Below are positions 1 through 12,012 of a stretch of 64,000 nt of DNA, in pieces; position 1 is the first letter of the stretch; the number at the start of each line of letters is the position of its first letter. The notes under the pieces are model-generated. The model was not told the DNA's origin. It saw nothing but the letters and a program-made list of their open reading frames with translations, and did not search any database. The position numbers and the translations under genes are program-made. Origin of the DNA: Octopus vulgaris (lineage: Eukaryota); assembly GCA_951406725.2 (NCBI GenBank), contig OX597831.1:73532001-73596000 (forward strand), in the 5' to 3' direction.

Positions 1-12
1 CTGTGGTAAGAG

Positions 13-651
13 TAGTTGCTACATGCATAGCTATAACGACATGTGGCACAACAAGGCTAAATACATAGTTGTACATGCATAGCTACAATGACATGTGGCA
101 CGATATGGCTAAATACATAGTTGCTACATGCATAGCTACAATGACATGTGGCACATCATGGCTAAATACATAGTTGCTACATGCATAGCTACAATGACAT
201 GTGGCACGATATGGCTAAATACATAGTTGCTACATGCATAGCTATAACGACATGTGGCACAACAAGGCTAAATACATAGTTGTTACATGCATAGCTACAA
301 TGACATGTGGCACGACATGGCTAAATACAGGTGACCATGCATAGCTACAATGACATGTGGCACGATATGGCTAAATACATAGTTGCTACATGCATAGCTA
401 CAATGACATGTGGCACGATATGGCTAAATACATAGTTGCTACATGCATAGCTACAATGACATGTGGCACATCATGGCTAAATACATAGTTGCTACATGCA
501 TAGCTACAATGACATGTGGCACGATATGGCTAAATACATAGTTGCTACATGCATAGCTACAATGACATGTGGCACATCATGGCTAAATACATAGTTGCTA
601 CATGCATAGCTACAATGACATGTGGCACGATATGGCTAAATACAGGTGACC
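13..651. repeat. 53-bp minisatellite, about 12 copies
   Basis: Unit TAGTTGCTACATGCATAGCTACAATGACATGTGGCACgatatGGCTAAATACA recurs at 13, 66, 118, 171, 224, 277, 380, 433, 486, 539 and 592, plus a variant near 330; only a short segment varies. Confidence 0.97.
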
Positions 652-667
652 AGGGAGATTGTTTGGA

Positions 668-894
668 CTTTTAGCATTCAGATTACTCGGCCAAATGTAA
701 TACTTATCTATTCACAATGCTTTTAATTAATCATGCATTATCTGGTAGCTTTGAGACTTCGAATGATGGGATTATATATTTTTTTGAATGGCATTGCAGG
801 GCAGGTGTGAGAGGAAAGATCTTGCTAGTGTGAACATAAAACAGCTAGAATAATCAGGCTGGATATGGCTGGTTTAAACGCTAAAAGGGGTTAA
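668..894. mobile_element. Degenerate TTAA-type (piggyBac-like) MITE, family B
   Basis: TTTAGCATTCAGATT...AAACGCTAAAAGGGG|TTAA; similar to copies at about 27810, 48922 and 61322. Confidence 0.65.
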
Positions 895-904
895 ACTGAC
901 CATC

Positions 905-1059
905 TCTGGCATCTCACACCTGCCCTACAATGCCATTCAAAAATTAAACAATCACATCATTGAAATTTCAAAGCTACAAAATGATGTATGATTAATTCAA
1001 AACAATAGGAATAAATACATGTTACAGTCGACAGAGTAATCTGAACGTGAAAGGGTTAA
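905..1059. mobile_element. Partial inverted copy of MITE family B
   Basis: CTCACACCTGCCCTACAATGCCATTCAAAAA is the near reverse complement of 781-811; ends GAAAGGG|TTAA. Confidence 0.6.
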
Positions 1060-1210
1060 GCTACATGTGGTACGAAAAATATAGAACAACCAGCTGTCAC
1101 TCTTGCTTCTGCTAATCGTTTCAGGTGTAGACAGAGACTGCCCCACATCTCTCGGGTGTTCCAGTATTGATCCAGCAAAACATTGAAGATGTGAATTGCT
1201 GGAGAGCGAG

Positions 1211-1263
<53 letters not shown>

Positions 1264-1449
1264 TACCAGCATCTGCTTCCCAGCTGATATCACTCACGCT
1301 CAGGAACACAACATGTTATTGAGTCCATGAACTGAACTGACAACCTTATAATCACATGCTGAACACACTGACCATTTAGGCCATGTGCCTTCACCAACAT
1401 GTGCCAGGCTGTGATTAAATACACATGACCAAAACTATCCTATTGTATA

Positions 1450-1870
1450 GGTGCAGGAGTGGCTGTGTGGTAAGTAGCTTGCTAACCAGCTAGATGGTTC
1501 TGGGTTCAGTCCCACTGCGTGGCATCTTGGGCAAGTGTCTTCTGCTATAGCCCTGGGCCGACCAATGCCTTGTGAGTGGATTTCGTAGACAGAAACTGAA
1601 AGAATCCCGTCGTATATATGTATATATATATATATATATATATGCATGCGTGTATGTGTTTGTGTGTCTGTGTTTGTCTCCCTAGCATTGCTTGACAACC
1701 GATGCTGGTATGTTTACGTCCCCGTCACTTAGCGGTTCGGCAAAAAGAGACCGATAGAATAAGTACTGGGCTTACAAAGAATAAGTCCCGAGGTCGATTT
1801 GCTTGACTAAAGGCGGTGCTCCAGCATGGCCGCAGTCAAATGACTGAAACAAGTAAAAGAGTAAAGAGAG
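1450..1870 (+). mobile_element. tRNA-derived SINE, family 1, full length
   Basis: Pol III A-box TGGCTGTGTGG, B-box GGTTCAGTCCC, internal (TA)n/(TG)n tract, 3' tail GGCGGTGCTCCAGCATGGCCGCAGTCAAATGACTGAAACAAGTAAAAGA; more than 15 copies in the window. Confidence 0.92.
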
Positions 1871-2608
1871 TATGGCTACATGTGCCAGGCTGTGATTAAA
1901 TACACATGACCAAAACTATCCTATCGTATGGCTACATGTGAGAGGTGATGTGGCAAATAACCAAGACAGTCACCAACAGCCTGTTGATACTTAATTAGAA
2001 ACAAATATGGAAAATGTGTGAATAATGATGAAGAGATTTGTAATACAAGGGCAAAGTGCTAAGAAGCAACGAGAAGATGAGTGTTAATTAATTGCTAATT
2101 AGCAAAACATCATTACACTGAAAGCAAGGTGAAATCATTTAGTTAAGAATTCACACGAAGATGGCTTAGTGTGACAAATATCCTGCCAAGGAGTAACACC
2201 GAGATTACTTAATTCCCTCCAGTTGGATGGTGTTTATAGAAAACAATGTGTTTAGATTTAATCCCCTCCTCGTCCCACCACACACACATATTGCTCCACA
2301 TACACACACACACACACACACATGTATATATTATTGGCATCATCAAGCAGAGCAAAATCACAGACATGGTAGATACTAGTGCCACACAAATTGGCACCTG
2401 TGCCGGTGGCGCATAAAAGCGCTCCGGTCTCACGCAAATGGCACCTGTACCAGTGGCACATAAAAGCCACCCATTACACTCACGGAGTGGTTGGCATTAG
2501 GAAGGGCATCCAGCCATAGAAAGCCATGCTAAATCAGACTGGAATCTGGTGCAGCCTTCTACCATGCCAGTCCAGTCAAACCGTCCAACCCATGCCAGCA
2601 TCGACAAC

Positions 2609-3023
2609 AGCCGTCCAAGAATTTGGACCTGGAGATCTCCATTTCCAGTGACTTCGAGGGCCACCTCCCAGTGGTGTCGGGTGTCAACGAAGAGCCCTCG
2701 ACTACAACAAGACGACCAAAGTTTTTTTTTTTCCCAAGGTCTGGGGTCTCCCGCCCCTAAGCCCTAGACCAGTGCTTTTCAAACTTTTTGCTGGAGCGGA
2801 ACCCCAAGGAAACATTCCACTGGCTCGAGGAACCCCTGTGCAATAATTTAATAGTCTTATGCACACATATTTGCATAGGAGAATTAAAAATTACTGCCGA
2901 TTTTAGCAGTTTTGTAACTTCTTGCGGAACCCCTGGACTGTACTGGCGGAACCCTGGTTGAAAATCACTGTCCTAGACCATCACCTAATCACCCTTACCC
3001 GTCTTGTTGCTTAACAACAACAA
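2609..3023 (+). mobile_element. Truncated non-LTR retroelement with (AAC)n tail
   Basis: Flanked by a 13-bp TSD, CAGCATCGACAAC (2596-2608) and CAGCGTCGACAAC (3024-3036); ends in (AAC)4. Confidence 0.75.
2770..2970. mobile_element. hAT (Charlie-like) MITE
   Basis: TIRs CAGTGCTTTTCAAAC / GTTGAAAATCACTG; 8-bp TSD CCCTAGAC / TCCTAGAC. Confidence 0.9.
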
Positions 3024-3358
3024 CAGCGTCGACAACGGACGTTAAATGATGATGATGATGATCATTTTCTTTTAACTGTTACATTTATTCAATGTTTATA
3101 TGGATCAAATCATTCACAAAGGTTGTACAACAAGAAAATGTGAAGCCCCTCACATGTGTTATGGTGTGTGTGTGTAAAAAATGTTGTGATAGTCAACTTA
3201 AGGCAATATTTTGAAATCATTTAGTGTATATGTTTCAAGTGTGTTTAATATAAAATAGGAAATGGAACCTTTCCTGCTTAAAACATTTCAAAATATGAAG
3301 AAATTGATATATACAGGGTTGGCCAGAAGTCAGCTGACAGTAAATCAAAACCATTTAA

Positions 3359-3579
3359 CCCTTTTGTTACCAACCCGGCCAAAACCGGCTCTGGCTCTGT
3401 AGTACAAATGTCTTGTTTTCATAAGTTTTGCATTAGAATATACCACCAAACCTTAGTCACAATTTATATTCCTAACACTAGTTTAATGATAACAAAGTTA
3501 TTTTACTAAATTCTTTGTTATATCTAAAGTAATTAAAAGAAACACAGAGCATCTCAAAATAAATACAGTAACGAAAGGG
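3359..3579. mobile_element. piggyBac-type MITE, family A (about 221 bp)
   Basis: TTAA TSD on both sides; TIRs CCCTTTTGTTAC / GTAACGAAAGGG. Confidence 0.92.
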
Positions 3580-5210
3580 TTAATTCCAAGAACAACTGAA
3601 TGAATTTAATAAAAGCATCTAAATATGAAACACCATGAAAATTGTCCACACTGAAGTCCTTCTTGAACGACACATTTTTTTCCATTCCGGTCAATACAGA
3701 ATTAAAGATAGCATTTATGGAATTTTGATTTACTGCTGGGTGACTTCTGGGCAACACTGGATATGTATATATGAAGGATTTCTGTCTACCAAATCCACTG
3801 ATAAACCTCTATGTAGCATGGGGAAGCAATAGAAGACACTTGCTCAAGGTGACACACAGTGAGACTGAACCCAGAACCATGTGGTTGGGAAGCAAATTCC
3901 TTAACCACACACACACACACACAAAACAGCAAAATACACACAATTACGATATTAATAATAAAATGTTCAATTTATTGATTAAAAGCAAACAAAAAAAAGG
4001 GGTATAATTTACTGTATTGGTATCAGCAGAGAGATAGCTTTTAACTTCTCTACCAAAATAAATAGCAGCACAACCAACGCCATGACCACCACCACCCATG
4101 CCTTCTCCTTGGATGAACACTGTACCCCCCTCTACAACCACCACTCATGACTGCCATCCCCCACCAGCAAGCTTTTAATTGGGTTAACATTATACCCTAA
4201 CCACTAACACCATCCCCACCTTACAAAGTGTAATTTAGATAAAGAAAAACTTGGGGGGGGGGCAGGGAGTAGGAATGAGGGGTGGGCTGATATTGTGTGT
4301 GGTATAGTGGTGGGTGGTGTGATGGTAGTGGTGGTGATGTGTGTGTGTTAAGAAGAAAAAGGGCCAACTGAACAATTAATGAGAGGGGTGGTGGTGATGG
4401 TTGTGGTATAAAGATGAAAGTCATTCTGATTGGTTATTGCAGTTGTGGTGGTCACTAGTTTGTGATGATGGTGATAATGATGGTGATGTGCAAGTTAGAA
4501 ACAGTGGGGCGGGGGGGGGGGGGGTAGCCAGGGAGGACAACTTAATGGATTACATCCTCATTTCTGGTCCCTTTTCTGTCTCCCTCCTGTTTTAAAGGTC
4601 ATAGTTAACAAAAAAATAAATAAAATAAAGAGTTATTTTACAACAAAGTTGCCCTGGGAAGAAATTTGAACAGAGTCCATCAACATACTATCTATCTATC
4701 GTTATATCTATTTGTCTATTACTATATCCGTCCGTCCATCAATCCATTCATCTATCTATTTAGCTATCTGTCTGTCTATCTATCTATTGTTATATCTATC
4801 TATCTTATCCATTCATATTTTTCTCTATCTATCCATCTTCCTGTCAATCCATCCATAGCCAGACCTATTTATCTATGTATATCTATTTATCAGTCACATG
4901 TTCTAACAATCTCTCACAGAATCTGTCTATCAATCCCTCCCTCTCTCCCCTCTTTCATAAAGAGTTCCTTTCTCTCTTTCTCTCAAAATTATGCCGCATT
5001 CTCACATGGGTCCAATGGATGAAGATCAAGAATTTTGAACATTTGCAAGACTTAAATATCTAAGGATTTGTTAATTATTCTTAATTTTATGGAATTACTA
5101 AATTAACCCCGTCTTTAAAATGGCATTTTTATAGACAACATTTATATATCAACATTGTTTTATTTATCTTTTTTCTAGATTGTATATATATAGATATATA
5201 TATATATACA

Positions 5211-5545
5211 CTTGCGTGGCATCTTGGGCAAGTGTCTTCTACTATAGCCTCGGGCCGACCAAAGCCTTGTGAGTGGATTTGGTAGACGGAAACTGAAAGA
5301 AGCCCGTCGTATATATGTATGTATATATATATATATATGCGTGTGTGTGTTTGTCCCCCTAGCATTGCTTGACAACCGATGCTGGTGTGTTTATGTCCCC
5401 GTTACTTAGCGGTTCGGCAAAAGAGACTGATAGAATAAGTACTGGGCTTACAAAAGAATAAGTCCCGGGGTCGAGTTGCTCGATTAAAGGTGGTGCTCCA
5501 GCATGGCCGCAGTCAAATGACTGAAACAAGTAAAAGAGAAAAAGA
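5211..5545 (+). mobile_element. SINE family 1, 5'-truncated
   Basis: Matches family 1 body and tail; head missing. Confidence 0.88.
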
Positions 5546-5559
5546 TATATATATATATA

Positions 5560-5758
5560 TATAATCAAAATAAGCAATAGGGATATCCAAGGTAGTGTAG
5601 TACAATCATTTCAATTGTACTACACTACCTTTGGATATCCTTGTTGCTTGTTTTGATTATAATCACCCCATTTGATTTATATGGATAACACCATACCAAA
5701 TTCTGGTGTCTTTAACTTAAGTACCATATTCATCTGAATCTAAATTTTGCCAAAATTT
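5560..5758. mobile_element. Head-to-head inverted repeat with one-sided tail, in (TA)n
   Basis: Arms 5560-5606 and 5614-5661 with a 7-nt loop; right arm continues about 100 bp; (TA)n on both flanks. Confidence 0.7.
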
Positions 5759-6064
5759 ATATATATATATATATATGAGCACTGCAGACAGTGCCACATA
5801 AAAAGCATCCAGTACATTCTGTCAAGTGGTTGGCATTAGGAAGAGCATAGAAGTCATAGTAACCAAACCAAAAGACCATGGAGCTTAGTGTGACCTCTGG
5901 CCTTGCCAGTTTCCATCAAGCTGTCTAACCCATGCTAGTATGGAAAACTAACATTAAATGTTGATCTACACATACGCAGTTGTCTAAGAATCCATAAGTT
6001 AGAAGAAATATGCACTCACGTTGATAGAGGGGGGGGGGTAGGTTAATCAAAGTTTTCTACATTA

Positions 6065-6457
6065 GGCGCAGGAGTGGCTGTGTGGTAAGTAATTTGCTTA
6101 CCAACCACGTGATTCCAGGTTCAGTCCCAGTGCGTGGCACCTTGGGCAACTGTCTTCTACTATAGCCTCGGGCTGACCAAAGCCCTGTGAGTGGATTTGG
6201 TAGATGGAAACTGAAAGCAGCCCATCGTGTGTGTGTATATATATATGTGTGTGTGTGTGTGTGTCTGTGTTTGTCCCCCCAACATCGCTTGACAACTAAT
6301 GCTGGTGTGTTTACGTCCCTGTCACTTAGTGGTTCAGCAAGAGAGACAGATAGAATAAGTACTAGTCTTACAAAGAATAAGTCCTGGGGTCGATTTGCTT
6401 GACTAAAGGTGGTGCTCCAGCATGGCCGCAGTCAAATGACTGAAACAAATAAAAGAA
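6065..6457 (+). mobile_element. SINE family 1, full length
   Basis: Head GGCGCAGGAGTGGCTGTGTGG through the GACTGAAACAAATAAAAGA tail. Confidence 0.9.
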
Positions 6458-7099
6458 TTACAGATCCATTTCAGTTGATCTTCCCAGTTGGTTTTGCACT
6501 GGATGTTAGATTACCAGATTTTTCCATGCCTGCCATCTCTGAAGAGCGCATGGTGCTACTTAATTGTACTGTTATCTAATGTCTGGTTATCTAATACCCC
6601 ATGTGAAACTAATTGGTAAGATCAGCTGAAATTGATTATCTCCAATACTGTATACTTTGATATTATGTCTTAAAGGAAGCACAAACACTTTCACACACAC
6701 GTATACACATGACAGAACTTCTGCCAACCAAATTCACTCACAAAGCTTCAGCCAATAATGGAAGAAACTTGCCCAAGGTGTCAAACAGTGGGACTGAACC
6801 TGGAACCATGTGGTTGAGCAGCAAGTTTCCTAACCACACAGCCATAGGCCCAGATTTAGATTGGGATAAGGAGACTTCTTCACTTCTAAATAATGACTTA
6901 ATGGGGCAAACTTCATTAAGAAATATAAAATCTTTGAATTCGATTAAGCTGATGTCCAGGAATTGGACAACTGATAGTGCCTAGAGATGAAATTGATCGA
7001 AAGAGATGTAAATGTACACAGGCTCCATAATTAAACCACTATAGCAGAATGCCATCCCCTCCACCATTGCAGGTGTCGACTTACCAATAGCAAAAATAA

Positions 7100-8040
7100 T
7101 AATAATAATCCTTTCTACTATAGGCATGAGGCCTGAAAATTGGGGTCGGGATTCTGGTTGATTACATCGACCCCAGTACTCAACTGGTACTAAATTTATC
7201 AATCCTGAAAGGATGGTAGGCAAAGTTGACCTTGGTGGAATTTGAACTCAAAATGTAGTGGCAGACGAAATACCATTTAGCCCAGTATGCTAACGATTCT
7301 GCCAGCTCAACACTTTATAACCAATAATGATAATAATAATGGTTTAAAATTTTGGCACAAGGCCAGCAAGTTCGAGAAAGTCAATTAACACTAACCCCTA
7401 GTACACAACTGGTACTTAGTTTATTGACCCAGAAAAGATAAAAGGCAAAGTCAACCTTGGTGGGATTTGAACTGAGAATGCAAAACCAGAAGAAATGCTG
7501 AGAAGCATTTTATCAAGCATGCTAATGATTCCCCCAACTTGTTGCCATGGTAATGATCCTTTTTACTAAAGGTACAGGGCTTTAAATTTTGGGAGGGGAC
7601 TTGTCGACTACATCTCCCCCAGTGTGTAACAGGTACTTATTTCATCAACTCTGAAAGGATGAAAGGCAAAGTCGACCTCAACAGAATTTGAACTCAGAAT
7701 GTGAAGACAGACAAGATATTGCTATGCATTTCACCCGGTGTGCTAATGATTCTGGCAGCTCACCGCCTTAAATAATAATAATCCTTTCTACTAAAGGCAC
7801 AAGGCCTGAAATTTTGGAGGGCGGAGACTAGTTGATTACATCAACCCCAGTGTATCACTGGTTCTTAATTTATCAATCCTGAAAGGATAAAAGGCAAAGT
7901 TGACCGATACGAGGCCAGCACTTTCAGGGGGAAGCATAAGTCAATTATATCAGCCCCAGTATTTGAAATGGTACTTTATCGACCCCAAAATGATGAAAGG
8001 CAAACTTGACCTCAGGGGGATTTGAACTCAGAACATAAAG
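7100..8040 (-). mobile_element. Cluster of about 5 same-orientation SINE family 2 copies
   Basis: Repeated reverse complement of GAGTTCAAATTCC...GACTTTGCCTTTCATCCTTTCGGGGTCGATAAA...GTACCAG with (ATT)n tails. Confidence 0.85.
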
Positions 8041-8329
8041 AACCAACAACAACAACATGAGATTGATGATGACAATTTTCTAATAAAGTCACAAAACCCG
8101 TACAATTTGTGAAGATATATATCTGATTAGAATGAGCCTAATTAACTGACCCTCTCCCCACCCCTTTAGAAATGGATGTTTGGCTAAGATGATGCTTGTG
8201 GGATTTGAATCACCATCATTATTATTAGTTTGGAGATTTTTTATGGGATAGAAGCAAAAAGTTATGTGAAAATAAATGGCAAGAAAATAAATTGATGTCT
8301 TGGAGATTTTCTGGTAATTTCTCTGAATA

Positions 8330-8515
8330 GAGAATAAGCCATGTTGAAGAAATAGAGACATTCTACAAAGGATTTCTGTTTAATCCTTTTGGTACAATAT
8401 TTCTGCTGAAATGAATTCATTTTGAAAATAATGAAGAAAGAATATATATGAAAACGCGACATTTGTACTACAGAACCACAGCCGGTTTCAGCCAGGTTGG
8501 TAACGAAAGGGTTAA
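8330..8515. mobile_element. Degenerate piggyBac MITE family A fragment
   Basis: Ends GCCGGTTTCAGCCAGGTTGGTAACGAAAGGG|TTAA like family A. Confidence 0.65.
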
Positions 8516-10118
8516 GCAAGGCAGGCAAATACCCTTCAACAACCACCAGAAAAATACCCTTGTTAGATTAAAACATCATTATATTCCACTTCTCCATTGG
8601 AGTGGCCATGTAACGACACACTATCTGCTTCTTCTTTTTTGTCTTCCTGACAAAGAGCCATGCTCAAAACATCATTTCTATTTCTATTTTCCCAATTAAT
8701 AATCATCATTGAATGTCAATCTGATACATACATTCACTATATACAACTAATTGACTTTTGTTGTTTTTTTTTTTACTGCTTTGATTTGCGGATTATCTTC
8801 ACATACCTGGATTATGTTACATCTTTGAATTCTCTCAGAGTACATTGATTCTGTACACTAGTGTAGCTGAAGGGAGCGGCAGCGATAGGGGTGGTCCACC
8901 CCAGGCAGAGGTACTCTTTTTGGGTCTGCTGTAGGCAATATGTGTTTTTTTTGTGGGGTCTGGGGCTGCAAATAGAAGGGCTGCATGGGTGGCACTCTAG
9001 CTGGTGATCCTGTACCTTTGATTAGTCTGACAGACTGGGTGGAAATTGCTCTCAGAAAGACAAAAAATCTTCTGGAAATGTAGGGTGCCACGGGATAGAC
9101 ATAGGGATAGGCTAGGGTAATGTAGGAGAATTATAGGGAAAATATGATTGGAACAGAGGCAAAAAAGTGGGGCAATGGAGACAATTACAGAGAATAAATA
9201 TGACTGGAATTGTTACCAAAAGTAAAGTAAGAGAAATACAGGGAAAAAATGACAGGAATAATGGTTGAGATTCATAAGGAAGATAGAACTGGAAGAGAAG
9301 CAGGGAAGAAATGAAGTAACAAAGAAGAAATACAAAGAAGATATTGGATTTGTGGTTAAAACTGGGGTAACAGAGAGAGAGAGTTGTAGGGAATGAAGAA
9401 TATATGACAGGAGTGGCAATGAAAAGTGGGGTAACAAAGGAAAATTACAGGGTTTTATTTGATAGAGTGGTGGTTAAAAGAAAAAAAAAAAAACTGAAGA
9501 GAAAGGAGGAAAGGTGGTGGTGGTGGTGGGGAAGAAGAGTAATACAAGGATATAGTGAGGTGTGATGGTGAGGATGAGGATGAGGAGAGAGAGACAAAGG
9601 TGGATTAATAGACAAGTTGAATGATGAGGGATGGTGAGAGGAAACCTGTAGAGTATAGTAACGAAAGGAGGTGGGGGAGGGATAATGGTAGTGGGAGGAA
9701 ACATGTTGAAAAGGGGAATAGTCGGAGGGGTGGGGGGTGAGAAGAAGTAAGAGGAAGAATAGGGTTAGGGTAGGAGAGAACAACAAAGGAGGCAGGTGAG
9801 AGAACAGGGTGGAAGAGAGAGAGAGAGAGAGAGAGGAGAGTGACAGGGGTGGTGGGTGGAGTAAATGCAAGTGACTGTATGTGTATGAGACACGGGGTGG
9901 GTAGGTAACATAGCAGGAAACTTCCAGAAGTCAGAGAGATGTGGAGGGGGTGAAGTGGGGGTGGGGGTGCAGCAGTATTCACTGCAAACCTACCATCAGC
10001 CCCCCCCCCCCCACCCCAGACGCACAATCTTTTACAGGGGTTTCTTATTTAAATCTGTCTTTGACAAGTTTTTGACAGCCATCTTAACAACTGTTTTTAG
10101 CTGAACAATAGGCTTATC

Positions 10119-10190
10119 TCACCCACCATCCACCTCCTCCACCCACCATCCACCTCCTCCACCCACCATCCACCTCCTCCACCCACCACC
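10119..10190. repeat. 20-bp tandem repeat, about 3.5 copies
   Basis: CACCCACCATCCACCTCCTC repeated. Confidence 0.95.
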
Positions 10191-10279
10191 AGTACCATTA
10201 TTGCTGTTGCCATCATTGCTGCCAAAGCCAAAGGCACACAGACAAGGAAAATACACACAACTGCACATATTCACACATG

Positions 10280-10360
10280 CATCAGCTTATGCATATACAC
10301 ACACACACATGTATATTTATCTATATTTATACACCTATAATGCAACTTACATATTTTTTA

Positions 10361-10397
<37 letters not shown>

Positions 10398-10643
10398 GCT
10401 CATGTTGACTTGCTGTGTGTGTGTGTGCACACATTTGCATAAAATATTCTATATCCACACATTGCTAGAATCATATACAACCAGTCAATGCAAATGCAAA
10501 CACATACACACACACACATATATACATACACGCACGCACATACATACACACACGCACACACATATATACATACACACACGCACACACACATATATACACA
10601 CACACACATATATACACACACACACACACACACATACACACAT

Positions 10644-10680
<37 letters not shown>

Positions 10681-10722
10681 AACACATACATATATATATG
10701 TATACCCATGCATACACATACA
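10280..10722. repeat. Compound (CA)n/(TA)n microsatellite
   Basis: Dinucleotide arrays; they explain the HT/YI/CV ORFs. Confidence 0.95.
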
Positions 10723-11079
10723 ACAGTTTAATAAATCATGTGAATGTTAAAATTAGATTTGAAACAAATTTCATTTTAATTTTTTGTGTTGGCATAAATT
10801 GTGGTGGTGGTGGTGGCGAGGTGGTAATGGCAGAGAAGCGTATTGGTTGTAGCGGTTGATGTTATGGTATCAGTGGTGGGACAGACATGAAGATAATAGG
10901 GTGGCTGTGGGGGCAGAGGTTGTGTTGTAGTACGAGGTGGTGGTGGTGGTGGTGGTAGACATCTCTGTAGTGTATGGGCAATATTTAGAAATATTTGGAA
11001 GAAATCATGGATTTGAAGAATAAATTATGCAGAGTCTGGAATCTGAGAATAATGGAGCAACTTGGAGTGATGACAAATA

Positions 11080-11281
11080 TTGGTTTCAAACTTTGGCCAA
11101 AGGCCAGCTATTTCAGGGCAGAGTGTATAAGTCGATTACATGGACCCCAGTATTAAACTGGTACTTATTTCATTCACCCTGAAAGGATGAAAGGCAAAGT
11201 TGAACCTTGCAGTATTTGAACGTAGAACATAATGCCAGATGAAAGGCTAAGCTTGGTATCGATTCTGCTAGCTTGGCACTG
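11080..11281 (-). mobile_element. SINE family 2, diverged, with TSD
   Basis: Family 2 core; 13-bp TSD GTGATGACAAATA at 11067 and 11282. Confidence 0.8.
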
Positions 11282-11508
11282 GTGATGACAAATAGTGGTA
11301 CCTACTTGGAGTACTATATGTTGTGATGACAAATAGTGGTACCTACTTGGGGTACTTCATGATATGCTGTGATGACAAATAGTGGTACCTACTTGGAGTA
11401 CTATATGTTGTGATGACAAATAGTGGTACCTACTTGGGGTACTTCATGATATGCTGTGATGACAAATAGTGGTACCTACTTGGGATACTATATGCTATGA
11501 TGACAAAT
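11282..11508. repeat. Minisatellite with alternating 41/46-bp units (87-bp higher-order period)
   Basis: GTGATGACAAATAGTGGTACCTACTTGG starts at 11282, 11323, 11369, 11410 and 11456; partial unit at 11497. Confidence 0.95.
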
Positions 11509-11639
11509 CTCAAAGACCAGCAATCATTTCTAGATTCTGACTCATTAGATAGATGTGAGATATCACTCCGTAACTCCTCCTGGATAATAATTATCACTGG
11601 CATTCCACAGCTCATGATCCAACAGACAAATGGCTCTTC

Positions 11640-12012
11640 TCTTACTTGTTTCAGTCATTAGACTGTGGCCATGCTGGAGCACTGTCCTGAAGAATTTTTA
11701 GTCAGATGACTCGACACCAAGACCCATTATTCTGTAAGCTTGGTACTTATTCTATTGCTGAATCACTAAATTATGGGGATGTAAACAAACCAACACCAGT
11801 TGTCCAGCAGTGTGTGTGTGTGTGTGTGTAGGGAGAAGGAACAAACACACACACACACACACACAATGGGCTTCTTTTCAGTTTCTGTTTACCAAATCCC
11901 CTCACAAGGTCAGCCTGAGACTATAGTAGAATACACTTGCCCAAGGCGCCACACCATGGAACTGAACTTGGAACCATTTGGCTGGAAAGCAAACTTCTTA
12001 CCACACAGCCAC
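11640..12012 (-). mobile_element. SINE family 1, older subfamily
   Basis: Reverse-complement tail CTTGTTTCAGTCATTAGACTGTGGCCATGCTGGAGCAC and head ACCACACAGCCAC. Confidence 0.8.

Larger units (their letters stand above)
2385..3063 (+). mobile_element. RTE LINE 3'UTR fragment (family R1) split by an insertion
   Basis: GGTTGGCATTAGGAAGGGCATCCAG...CAACCCATGCCAGCA // CGGACGTTAAA(TGA)n; the same 3'UTR follows the RTE ORF remnant at 41537-41910. Confidence 0.85.

Noticed and set aside
13-651. CRISPR-like array
   Set aside because: Units are contiguous with only a 5-nt recurring variable slot; there are no unique spacers or cas genes, and the context is eukaryotic.
1100-1200. Splice-acceptor-like CTAAT...TTTCAG followed by a short open frame
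   Set aside because: No donor site or recognisable peptide; such motifs are frequent by chance.
1435-1698. Recurrent ORFs such as IHSQGIGRP..EDTCPRCHAVGLNPEP that look like a gene family
   Set aside because: Antisense reading of SINE family 1 copies; not a conserved protein.
10201-10859. ORFs rich in HT/YI/CV (also at 16.3-17.2, 19.4-19.9, 55.2-56.1 and 59.1-59.5 kb)
   Set aside because: Translations of dinucleotide microsatellites.
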